Shown in pieces: positions 10,441 to 22,530 of a stretch of DNA of 23,715 nucleotides. The position numbers and the translations under genes were made by a program. Under the pieces are notes generated by a model. It saw nothing but the letters and a program-made list of their open reading frames with translations, did no database searches and was not told the DNA's origin. The stretch spans positions 1 to 23,715 of the forward strand of contig NW_021836549.1 of assembly GCF_006345805.1 (NCBI RefSeq), read 5' to 3'. Positions within the stretch are counted from its first letter, which is position 1, and each line of letters starts with the position of its first letter. Origin of the DNA: Octopus sinensis. Taxonomy: Eukaryota.

Positions 10441-10837
10441 TTTCTTTTAACTTTTACTTGTTTCAGTCATTTGATCGGGCCCATGCTGGGGCACTGCCCT
10501 AAAGGGTTTCAGGCAAACATATTGCCCCCAGTATTTATGTTTGCCTTTTTAAGCTTGGTAATTATGTTATCGGTAGCTTTTGCCGAAACGTTATGTTATG
10601 GGGACATAAACAAACCAACACTGACTATCAAGCGCACATATGCACACACACACATATGCGCGTGTGTGTGTTCACGAAAGGCTTCCACACAATTTCCCTC
10701 CACACAATTCATTCGAAATGTGTATATTGACTCAGGGCTTAGTAGGAAAATCTTGCGCAATTTACCGCGCACCCAGATCGAACTCGAGATTATGCGGTTG
10801 TAAAGTCACCGTCTTTAATACACAGCCGTACCTGCGC
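10441..10837 (-). mobile_element. tRNA-derived SINE, same family as 6799-7188, inverted and more diverged
   Basis: The plus strand reads CTTGTTTCAGTCATTTGA...TTTTGCCGAAACG...CACAGCCGTACCTGCGC, the reverse complement of the tail, middle and head of the 6799 copy. A further CACTTGCCCAAGGTG fragment follows at about 10851-10867. Confidence 0.8.
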
Positions 10838-11719
10838 TTATAGAAGAATACACTTGCCCAAGGTGCTGCGTAGATTTTTATTCAAAACTGCAAACGGAAT
10901 CACACCTGATCTTTCCACCAAAACCATTTAGAAAACAATACACCTCTCTCTAAGGTGTATTGTCCCTGTTAAATAATCACTTATTAACCACAAGTAATTA
11001 CTTATTACCCACTTGAGCAGAAATGGTATAGATGTGAGCTGTATTTTCCAAGACAGTATTGCATACCAGATTTTATTTCACTCTCTGAGATACATCCTCA
11101 GCCGTCCTCGCGCCCTTAAAGCTAACTTTGGAACTTCAGAACGACGAACACTTCTAAAGTGGTGGAATATGAACCAAGTATATCACACAACGATGGTATT
11201 CAGCAGTCGATATAAATTAAAGGGTCCTTACAAAGAACACCTAAAGACACATATAACCAACACGTAGATGCATTTTGAGGCAGGGTTAATCTCAATCCTA
11301 CATTTCTATCTCAATACGTCTTAAAATTACGGACAACAAAATATTCTGATTATTCTATTTTCTAATATCAAACTTTATTTTTAGTCGAAATCACCAGCGT
11401 ATGGTCCATTGGCCATTTTTAGGCAAAGAGTTAGGTCGCTGAAGATTGCCATAACTTCCATAAAACATATGCAGCGTATATTTTAGAGAGTAAATAAAGA
11501 ATGATAATAGGTAATATAATGAGGTGCTAATATAAGTGATAGCAATAAAATAAGGTGTGATGATAATAAAGAAACTAATGAAACTATATAAAATGAGATA
11601 GTCATAAAAAGAGGCGATAAAAACATTGAGATAAGGAAAACACTATTATTAGACCAAGTACTTATTAACCCTAAATTCAAAGAAATTATGAAAATATCCT
11701 GCAGACAAAGAATGTGGAG

Positions 11720-12640
11720 AGGGAGAGGGAGAGGGGGTTTCTTCCACAAATCAAGTATTGTGGGTGGGGAAAGATTTGTTCGTGGAAAGATTTGTTCGTA
11801 GCGTGTCTGAGAGATATCCAGAAAGCACGAATAAGATTTGCTAAATTTGATAAACCGAGTTCTGGTGAAAATTGTGGAACTGGTGGAACCTGGGAATGAA
11901 GTTCAACTAAAAACGGTCGATGAGGGTCACAGTAAAATGAACGAGTCTGCAATAGTCTGTTGATGACAGATCCGTTGTAAGAACATAAAGAACTCATCAA
12001 CAAGAAGACTGTCTATTCGACTTCATCTTTGGATAGAGTTGGCTGTTGTAGAGAGACGATAGAGTTCAGATGTTAGGAACTTGTCCCGATGATAGAATGA
12101 GTCTACCATTCTAAGTGACACCCTGGTAACATAAGTAATATAAAAGTCCAATCTCAAATCAGGCGAAAATTTAAGACGTATGGGCATTAAAGAAGACAAA
12201 ACTTTCAGGCTGCCATCCGTTGAAATAAGATGAGAAATTTTGTGATGTAGGTTTTGGAGTCATTAAATATAAAAATCTATTTATTTTCCATTTCACGAAA
12301 TTAGATATCTCCCATTAAACACGGGTATGTGACGTTCGTAAAAACAAGATTAGAAGTTCGATATTCCTCTCAAATACATTAATATAGGAATCTTATAATT
12401 TTGTCAGGTAAATAATACATTATCTGCAGGAAGAATGTAGTTTCCTCTGCCAATCTCTCGGTCATCGCTGAATTGATGTTATAAATGTCAAAGAATTGAC
12501 CGTTGACGACAAAACTTATTCCGCTTATGAATGATTTGATGATGGAAAAGACACTGCCAAATATGCCGTATATGGTCCGTTTACGAAGCAATCATATACG
12601 CCAGTGCTTCTCAAAATGGTTTACCTATTGTCTTTTTTCT
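11720..12640 (-). mobile_element. Decayed Penelope-like retroelement (RT C-terminal region and linker)
   Basis: Minus-strand translation with stops and frameshifts gives IDFYI**LQNLHHKISHLISTDGSLK, then PDLRLDFYITYVTRVSLRMVDSFYHRDKFLTSE, then PQFSPELGLSNLANLIRAFWISLRHATNKSFHEQIFPHPQYLICGRNP. In this order they resemble the Penelope RT motifs LNSIHPxIKFT..DGSLPFLD, TDxYLxFxSxHP..SLxHRAxxxCS and the linker PNIxxIIRKHW..L.EIFPxPP..RR. Boundaries approximate; judged by eye. Confidence 0.6.
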
Positions 12641-13769
12641 CTGACTAACAATTCTTCAAATCCCCCCTGCAACGATCTAATGCTTCTTTGTATTTGTGTT
12701 TTACATACTCATAATAGCAGAACACAAAATTTTGTTCCGAGTGACTACCACGGGACTATTCTGCCATTAGCGAATGTTTGATGCATCATCACTTGGCCCT
12801 AGTTATTAATCTAGCCTTTGCTACGTGCCTCCAGAAAAACTCTTAGTTATTCTTCATTCTTGGAACCCTGAATGCATTTAACGGACTCTAAATTTGAGGA
12901 TATTTCCCAGCAGGCCTTCACAAAGAGATGATAAAACCTCTCCTAGATACCAGCTAAGATTTATCGTTCCATTTTGACTTATAACTGCATTTTCTACCTC
13001 TGTTTACACATATACTCATACACACGCACGCACCCACACGCACACAAGCTGATATTTTTACCAACATGAACATTTACGTCTCTTTATGCTATTGAATATA
13101 TCAAAGAATGAATAGATGACGTTCATAACTAGAAACAAGTAGCATTAATATATATGTGCATTCATATGCACACGCAAACCAAGACGTTTCTCAACACTAC
13201 AAGTGCAGAGGCTGACTTTATTGCATGTATGGAAATAACAACAAATTTTAACAATATCATTTAATAATATTTTACCTTTGTTTAAAATTAACCAGCATAG
13301 TTGGTAACGCTTTTTATTTTATTTCTAAGGCCTTATAGTGAACATATTTTGGGGAACAGTTTGTCTATTATTTCTGGCAGATCAAGTAATTGTATAGAGC
13401 TTTCCTCTAAACAAGGGTTAAAATGAAAGATACTGTTGTTGTTGTCATTCTCGTGGTTGTTGTTGTTACTGATGTTATTATTGTTTTTATCGTTGTTGTT
13501 ACTGTTCTTGTTGTCTCACAGACAATATTTCACTGTGTGTTCCTCAGAATTCTTTAATTGAAAATCTTTTCGTTTTCTGTTTCTTTCCAGAACCATTAAT
13601 TGCATTCGACATCATTCCAAGAGGGATTACCGAGCCTTGTTAATCGACAAATCCTACGGGACTGGTGAACCAGAACAATTCTTAAGAACACACAAATATA
13701 CACACACTTGCACATACATACAGGCAAAGACAAACACTAATGCTACCTTTATATGCATATGAGCATATA

Positions 13770-14185
<416 letters not shown>

Positions 14186-14739
14186 TACACCAATATTTTA
14201 ATGTACATTCTTGTGTGCGAGAATGTGTCTGTGTAAGCGTGAGTATATCGCAATGTATGGATGTATAGAAGATGGCATGATGGCTTAGCAGCTACAGTAC
14301 ATTACATATTAACAAGTTTATAGCAGTATAGCGCTAGGATGCAACTGTAGTGGCAATAAATCGTTTGGAAATCACGGATAACAGACATACATTATGTGAG
14401 AAGATGAACTGTTGGTTATGTGCTAGGGTAAAGACAGTCAGGGAGAACGTGGATATGCCTCAGATGTATGTGTGTATGCGTGTGTAATTTGGGCGGGAAA
14501 TGGAGAAAGGTGAAGGGCCAATGCGGCGTTTATACACAACCACATATACACACGCACACATACATTTATATATGTGTGTATTCGTGTGTGTGTGTGTGGG
14601 TGGGTGCGTGTGCGTGCAGGTATATTGGTACATAGAATGTATCATACTTGCTTGTATTCAATATGAAGTCCTCTAGGTAGCTCATCGTGTACGTTTGTGT
14701 TAAGAACATGCTATATATAGGTGTGTGTATATCAATGTA

Positions 14740-14946
14740 TATATATGTACATATATACACACATACACATGCACATGCATATATTTTAAATATACATTCA
14801 TATAAGTATAAATATATATCTACATATATACACAAACACACACATATATATACATATATATAATATAATATATATATTATATATATATATATATTATATT
14901 ATATATATATATACATATATATATTATATATAATATATATATATAT

Positions 14947-14978
<32 letters not shown>

Positions 14979-14979
14979 C

Positions 14980-15038
<59 letters not shown>

Positions 15039-15075
15039 CATATATATATATATATATATATGCATATACACACAC
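14740..15075. repeat. (TA)n-rich tract with TAA slips
   Basis: Seen directly. Confidence 0.9.
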
Positions 15076-15084
15076 ACATTTTTT

Positions 15085-15120
15085 TCAGGTCATAGCTGCG
15101 GCCATGCTGATGCACCGCCG
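15085..15120 (-). mobile_element. Short SINE tail fragment
   Basis: CAGGTCATAGCTGCGGCCATGCTGATGCACCGCC resembles the reverse complement of GGCGATGCTCCAGCTTGGCTGCAGTC in the 6799-7188 tail. Confidence 0.55.
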
Positions 15121-15144
15121 TTTCTGTATATATATATGTATGTA

Positions 15145-15199
<55 letters not shown>

Positions 15200-15509
15200 T
15201 TAGGCAGAATACGGGGCGGGTGGGAGGCAAGGAGAGAGAGAATGTGTCCATATGTGAGGTGAACAAGGGTGAATGATTTAAACATGCGGCATCTGTAATG
15301 AAATAACGTATTTGAAATAACAATCCGTTATAAACAAATCATCGTTGTCATCATCATTATTATAATATACAAAGTTTATTAATCTTATACAAATCTGTAG
15401 ATACACACACACACACATACATACATATATATATATATATAATGAAGGACAGACTTAATGTCATATATACACTAGCTGAGAGACAGGAGAGCTCCATTAT
15501 CCATATGTA

Positions 15510-15775
<266 letters not shown>

Positions 15776-15779
15776 GATG

Positions 15780-16235
15780 CGCGTCCTCCATATATTTGTG
15801 GTTGTCCATCGAGATCCTATATAGCGTCCACTTTTCTAACGGTGAGATCTTTGATGGTTGACTAATTTCTACTGTAGACCCTCTATCTTTATGACATGTG
15901 GGGAAAACAGGCAAAGCCATGGAGATAGCAATTGTTGCTACATCTCTCCTAGTTACCTTCTGCATACATTTGGCTCTGTTACATCTTCAAGTAAGGAACA
16001 CTCATCGGAACTGAACTTTCTCCAAGAGAAACAGTCAGCAGCAGCACCCATCATAACTTCAGGCTTGATCTTCGATATCTTAACAGATCTGGATGAGATT
16101 TTCCTCTCATCCATAGAGTGCTTCTTCTGCTGTCCTGCTCAGGGTCGATCTTGGTGGAGCTGGTCGTATACCAATTTGTGGAAGAGTCGACATGAAGCCA
16201 GTCCAAATCACACGTCCAACAGCTGACAAATCATC
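15780..16235 (-). mobile_element. RTE-clade LINE, decayed 3' end of ORF
   Basis: Minus strand: RLFHKLVYDQLHQDRP*AGQQKKHSMD...AAADCFSWRK, then after frameshifts FPTCHKDRGSTV/LVNHQRSHR*. This matches the RTE C-terminus pattern RLPKxLLYGELxxGxRxxGGQKKRxKD...AxDRSxWR...CPxCxKxCxSxxGLxSHxRxH as I know it. Stop at about 15836. Confidence 0.8.
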
Positions 16236-16909
16236 ATTAAGATAACACTTTTTCCGTGTAGCATTATTTTCATGCAAAAACAATATGTAAGGCTCTGAAA
16301 CAAATACAATGACTCCATCTGTCTCAACACAAGAAATATTGGCGGGACATTCTCGTCAAAATTTCCGTCATGTTCAAACACAACAGACCTAAGAAGAATA
16401 TGAATATTTGTATAAACTTGGAGAAGTTAGCCACCCTAAAATTGTGAAAATTTCTTTGAAAATCGTTGAATATCTCACAATATGATAAATTTACATGAAA
16501 TACTTCTAATTCTTCGTGCACTCGACAATAATATTCAATTTCTATGTGATAATCTCGTAAAAATTTAGGCACTTTCAAACGAAGAATGTGACCAGATAGT
16601 AACAAACTTTACAAATGCAGTTTAAAATTTAAAGAGTATAAATATGCAAGACTTTTCTAAAGTCCAACATGTAAAACATCGTTTTTGTTATACAAATTTC
16701 AATGATGAGCTTTTTGTTTCTGTTTTAGAAACCAGTATCTTCCTTATAGGAAGAATTGAAATAATTAACCAGGAAGATAACATATATATATGCATCTCTA
16801 CATACATTGATCTTCATTCAGGGCGAATGTAGATCGGACCCTTTTAGTGAGAAACCAACTCCTTCTTTATAGGAAGAATTCAAACTATTAGAAGTTAAGA
16901 CGTATACAT

Positions 16910-16911
<2 letters not shown>

Positions 16912-16949
<38 letters not shown>

Positions 16950-16962
16950 CAGATAGACAGAC

Positions 16963-17045
<83 letters not shown>

Positions 17046-17056
17046 CAGACAGACAA
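16912..17056. repeat. (GATA)n/(GACA)n array
   Basis: Seen directly. Confidence 0.95.
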
Positions 17057-17359
17057 TAAGTAGTATTAATCATGATACCAATAAGCGTTAATTAATGGTG
17101 GAATTTTCGGAATCACAGTTGCATTAGTTAAAATCGTCGCTACAGCCATATTAAGAGTTTGTGTTTCATTTAGTCATCCTATAAGCGTAATGAAACAGTA
17201 AGTCTGTTAAGTTTGTGCGAACGTAATTTAAAGCATAGAGCATTAAAAATGAATTAGGAATATTCTAGAAGAATAAAAGGTAGAAAAGTTTACTTGATAA
17301 ATATTAAGTACAAATCCGCAAATGAGCAAAGAAATGGTAAAAGGCAAAGTCACGGAGGA

Positions 17360-17570
17360 GATTAAAACGAAATCTTTGATAATCCAAAAAACGTTTTATC
17401 CACGCTCTGTCCACCGATTCTGCCAAATTATCGTCCAAACCAAAGAATAATATTTTGAGGTTCCTGGCATGTATGGGTGCCAGATTCTTGGAAGCCACTC
17501 TTCCTCAATCGCACGAGCCAAAATCACTATATAAATCTTCAAACCTGCAAATTTGTTGGCGTAAAGGAAT
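17360..17570 (-). mobile_element. Possible L1/Tx1-like reverse transcriptase relic
   Basis: Minus strand AGLKIYIVILARAIEEEWLPRIWHPYMPGTS...WTERG*, then FLDYQR in another frame. It loosely follows the RT pattern DxKILAKILAxRLxxxLPxIIHPxQxGFxPGRS...FLDxxKAFD. Weak; needs indels. Confidence 0.3.
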
Positions 17571-17751
17571 ATGCTAAACTATAAATTAAGGCAGAGGCGT
17601 TATGTTCGAAACGATAAGTTAGTGTTAACGCATTTCAGTGACGAAGTGTTGTATGTGTGATAAAGAACAAAACCTGTTATTAATCGAGTCGTAAATATAA
17701 TTACATGAAAACTTGAATGATGTAGTTGTAACTTTGATGTTTAATATCACA

Positions 17752-17756
<5 letters not shown>

Positions 17757-17790
<34 letters not shown>

Positions 17791-17809
17791 TATTATATTA
17801 TTATTATTA

Positions 17810-17867
<58 letters not shown>

Positions 17868-18020
17868 CATCACTTGAAAGTTTATTGACAGCTTGTGGAT
17901 CTCTAAAGTTACAGGTAGTAACGCTACTAGGAATAGGACCGAATATGAGTCAAGTCCAATAATAATAATAATAACAACAACAATAATAATAATAATAATA
18001 ACTACAACAACAACAACAAC

Positions 18021-18075
<55 letters not shown>

Positions 18076-18115
18076 GTAATAATAATAATAATAATAACGA
18101 TGATGATGATGATGG
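17757..18115. repeat. (ATT)n and (AAT)n tracts in inverted orientation around an ~87-bp spacer
   Basis: (ATT)n at about 17757-17867; (AAT/AAC)n at about 17958-18097, followed by (GAT)n. Confidence 0.9.
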
Positions 18116-18477
18116 CGACTTTATTTGTCACTGGGTCATCAGTTGAGGAGGGAATTTACAAAGACGGTGTACGGTTAGTGTTGGAGTTTACATAAAAAAG
18201 ATGAAAGGAAGAAAAAAAAAGGAAGGAGAGATGGCAATTAAACAGTGTGTACGTAGCGTAGAATTTACGAGAACACATTGAGGATGCAGTCCTGATACAG
18301 GAGAGACATCAGCCTGGGCCAATCAAGAAACCACCTTGATTGTAGGATTAGGGGTACCACGAAATGGCGTACCTTCTCGCCCAGATGTTGTTCTCCAACA
18401 TTGCGGCATGGTACAGTAAAAATAATGAATTTATTTCTATGATCAGGATACACATTTTTGTTATCATTGTCCTTTTA

Positions 18478-18593
18478 CTTTTACTACTACTACTACTATT
18501 ACTACTGCTGCTGCTGATGCTGCTGCTGCTGCTGCTATTACTACTACTACTACTACTACTATTATTATTATTATTATTATTATCTTTATTATT
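18478..18593. repeat. (CTA)n/(CTG)n/(ATT)n compound triplet repeat
   Basis: Seen directly. Confidence 0.9.
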
Positions 18594-18856
18594 GCGTTTG
18601 CACAGCTTGTAACGCTGGAGATGTACTACGGTGTCAGCTGTTCACTACCAGTGAACTAAGGTAACAGCCCTTATAATTTTTCGGGCACCTTATGAAATAT
18701 TCGAGCGGTTCCAAGCAGTGCTGTTTTCTGCAAGTGTTCCACCCTTATTGCAACCCCTATTTTTTCCACGTACTTCTCGAGATTTTTGCTCACTGTTCCC
18801 AGGGCTCCGGCAATTATTGGTATTACTACCACCTTTTCCATCGACCACAACTGCTT
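18594..18856 (-). mobile_element. 5'-truncated Dong/R4-type (restriction-like endonuclease) LINE 3' end
   Basis: Uninterrupted minus frame 18856-18671: KQLWSMEKVVVIPIIAGALGTVSKNLEKYVEKIGVAIRVEHLQKTALLGTARIFHKVPEKL*. VIPIIxGALG...LQKTALLGTARI is the characteristic C-terminus of R4/Dong RLE LINE ORFs. A 77-bp 3' UTR follows, and both flanks are (AAT)n. Confidence 0.9.
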
Positions 18857-18867
18857 ATTATTATTAC

Positions 18868-18934
<67 letters not shown>

Positions 18935-18955
18935 GTTATCATATTATTATTATTA

Positions 18956-18995
<40 letters not shown>

Positions 18996-19015
18996 TATTA
19001 TTATTATTATTATCA
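18857..19015. repeat. (ATT)n tract
   Basis: Seen directly. Confidence 0.95.
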
Positions 19016-19133
19016 TCAATATTAGTAAAACTTTCGGCAGTATTAGCTTAGTAATTAGTAATACGATAACACATATTATTCATTAGATAATCACATTAAC
19101 TTAGATATATTACATTGAATGGGCTCTCAATAA

Positions 19134-19153
19134 GACGCATTATAATGGAAAAT

Positions 19154-19187
<34 letters not shown>

Positions 19188-19189
19188 AC

Positions 19190-19243
<54 letters not shown>
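19134..19243. repeat. (GAC/GAT)n triplet repeat
   Basis: Seen directly; source of the poly-D ORF. Confidence 0.95.
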
Positions 19244-19334
19244 ATTTATGACACTGATAAGGATGCAAAGAGTGAATGGAGTGACGCAGTAAAATATTAC
19301 TTTCGCGATATTAGTGGCGATGTTGATACATAAT

Positions 19335-19495
19335 GATAACAATAAGAAGAAAAATAACAACACTAATAATTACAATAACTCCAGTAACAACTACAACAAC
19401 AACAACAGCAACAACAACAACAACAACAACAACGGCGACAATAGAACAATAATACCAATATTAATAATAATATTCATAATAATTATTATTCATAG
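19335..19495. repeat. (AAC/AAT)n degenerate triplet repeat
   Basis: Seen directly. Confidence 0.85.
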
Positions 19496-20079
19496 CAAAA
19501 AAATACATGAACTATAAAAAAAATGTATTTATATGAAAAAACATGAATTCACACAAAAAAGGAAAATGCAATTCTTTGGTCTCACGAAGAAGGAAAGAAA
19601 ATGGTAAATTGGAAAAGAAATCAATGTCATCTGACAAAACGGTTGATTTGATTTGGTTTTTTTATTGTTTTTGAAGGGAGAAGAAAAGGGGCTGTTTGTG
19701 TTTGAGGAAGGATGACGTTAGAGGACAAATGAAGAAAGGAATATAGAATATTAATATAATAAGCGAACAATGAAAAAAATATATATATATATTCAGAGGA
19801 AGAAAAAAATAACAATTCAGAGAGAGAAGAAGAAAAAAGAGTGTAAAGGAAAAGATAAGAGCTTATGAATTGTTTGTGCGCATGAGCGGAAATGTTTGTG
19901 TATGGGTCTGCGGTGTGTGTGTGTGAGTATGCTTGAGTGTGTGTGTCTGTGTGCGATGAGGATAAAAATATAAAGAAATAAAGAAGGTGTAAAGAAATAC
20001 GCAAATATAATGTGCTTGATAATGTTATATTGCCAAAGATATCGCTTACGATATGTTGTTTTTTTTTTTCTCTCGAGGG

Positions 20080-20145
20080 AAATATGTATAAATATATATA
20101 ATATATTATATATATATATATATTATATATATATATTATATATAT

Positions 20146-20176
<31 letters not shown>

Positions 20177-20413
20177 TATATATATATACATATATATTAT
20201 ATATATATTATATAATTACATATATATATGGACATATATATCTGTGTGTTTATGCATATATGTGTGTATATGAATATGTATACAGATGCAAACCTACATG
20301 TGTATACATGTATGTATATAAACCATGCGGGACACACACATAGAGAGCACATGCGTACGCAGGTACATATAGATTACAATGTAATAATATGTATACACAT
20401 AATATGACATATG

Positions 20414-20465
<52 letters not shown>
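20080..20465. repeat. (TA)n-rich tracts
   Basis: Seen directly at about 20080-20230 and 20415-20465. Confidence 0.9.
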
Positions 20466-20468
<3 letters not shown>

Positions 20469-20932
20469 AATGCAAATACGTCTCTTTCGTCTAGAAGTAA
20501 CAGTACTCGTTGTCCTTTTTTATGCTGTGTAAGGGTCCCTGTTGCATTAATAATGATAAAGATAATAACACTAATAACAATAATAATAATAATACCAATA
20601 TCTCTAAATTTGTCAATAATGACGTTCCATGACACAAAAAAAATACAAATAGGAAAACAAAAGACGTTTAAACAAAGAAAAATGGCGAATGATATTAAAA
20701 AATTGCCATATTCATAGTAATAATAAGTAAACATTAATAACAATAATTATGATAATATTGATATTAATAATGATATTTTCTCCATTTTTTAATACGGGAG
20801 GCTTGAAGTGCATAAAAAAAGATACATTGCATGGTGACTTGGTGATGTTTTCAAAACAAAAATAATATAATCATTTTTTTTTCTTTTCCCATATTTTTTT
20901 CTGGTGGATTTGGTAAGATCAGACAACCTTAC

Positions 20933-20999
20933 CCGACCAAAAAGCAAAATGTCCACGCCTCCTCTTCTTCCAATATACGGCTTTCGGCTATAGACTGGG
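20933..20999 (-). other. Candidate 67-nt internal exon of an unidentified host gene
   Basis: Minus strand TACTTTGGCAG|CCCAG...GGTCGG|GTAAGG. Two open frames: QSIAESRILEEEEAWTFCFLV or PVYSRKPYIGRRGGVDILLFGR. No homology recognised. Confidence 0.25.
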
Positions 21000-21339
21000 C
21001 TGCCAAAGTACAATGTCATTGATTGATTTATCGATCGGTTGATTGCCTCTTCTTCTGATATAGAATATGAAATTAACAACAACAACAACAGAAATAATAT
21101 TAACAAAAATGACAATAATATTACTTTGTCTTTGCGATATATTTTTCTTTCTTCTTTTCTTCTCAAAAAAAAATTCAATTCCTCTTACTATTACGAGTTT
21201 GGCTTTCTTTGTTATGCATTCGCAATAATATATGTGGTCTGAGATTTTGAAAGCTAGCGTCAAAGATTATCTAGTAGAACCACAATTAATTATTCATAAT
21301 ATGCAAATGCTCCACAGGTGGTATATAAGATATATAAGT

Positions 21340-22069
21340 ATATAGGTAGTATATTTATATATGTATATGTATTAGGATATAAATATAATATTAATAAGCT
21401 AGGAGGTAATACGTATTATATATCAGATATATTTATATATATATATATATATCTATATAATATATACTTATATATATATATATAATACTATACACGTCTA
21501 TATACATGTATATACATACAACACATAAACAAATATATATAGATATAATAGATATATCTATACTTATACCGGTAGCCATATAATACATAACATGTAAAAT
21601 ATATATATATATATAGACCTATATATACATATATATGGAATATAATATAATATATATATATATAGATATATATTATACATATATGATGTATGTATGATAT
21701 ATGCAAGGTATACGTACACATTGAGACGGTTTTAGATTTCTGTGTGTATATTACACACGTTTGTGAGCATAGACAGGCATTGAACACAAAGAACTGAACA
21801 TGATAATAAAAATTATTGCAATATTAGTTTAATTTGCATGATTAGCAAGAACAAAATGTTGCTTTGAAGATTAAAGGAAGCCATTTCGTCCCTGTATACA
21901 CACCCGGCCCACACACATTCACCTCATACGTATACATCTACACACAAAGGATTACACACACAACACACACACACATGTTTCATGTTTATGGATAAATATG
22001 CTCATGGGTGTATGCATGTATTCAATATATATAGCGTGTAAATATGCGTATACATATATATTGGTATAT

Positions 22070-22100
<31 letters not shown>

Positions 22101-22377
22101 GTATGTATATATATATATATGTATATGTATGTATATATATATATGTATATGTATGTATGTAAGTATATATATCCGTATATATGTATCTATGTATTATGTA
22201 AATAGATATAATTGTATATATACATATATATATAAATGTATATATATACATATGTATATATCTGACACATATACTTGATAAAATGTGATATAGATAAAAA
22301 TTACGCACACACATACATACTCAAAACAGAAGATATGCATCAGTATTTGAAATATTACATGCATATATCCACTTTTA

Positions 22378-22412
<35 letters not shown>

Positions 22413-22530
22413 GAATGCATTAAATATGCATTTATATTTATGCATATATACATGTAATATAAATATATATATATATGCATGTATGTATGTATTTATATAT
22501 GTACGTGTGTATGTATGTGTGTGTGTATAA
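21340..22530. repeat. Large degenerate (TA)n/(TATG)n/(CA)n low-complexity region
   Basis: Seen directly, with a more complex interruption at about 21700-21950. Confidence 0.85.

Noticed and set aside
11013-11267. 84-aa + strand ORF with KLKGPYKEHLK, vaguely like GIY-YIG RxxEH
   Set aside because: It lacks the YIG motif and is on the opposite strand to the Penelope-like relic.
15858-16226. 122-aa + strand ORF
   Set aside because: It is antisense to the RTE LINE relic.
18250-18460. Higher-GC segment with short ORFs on both strands
   Set aside because: None of the six frames gave a recognisable motif or a convincing acceptor/donor pair.
19115-19333. Acidic poly-Asp ORF ending DIYDTDKDAKSEWSDAVKYYFRDISGDVDT
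   Set aside because: It is driven by the (GAC/GAT)n repeat, starts at a non-ATG codon, and lacks splice support.
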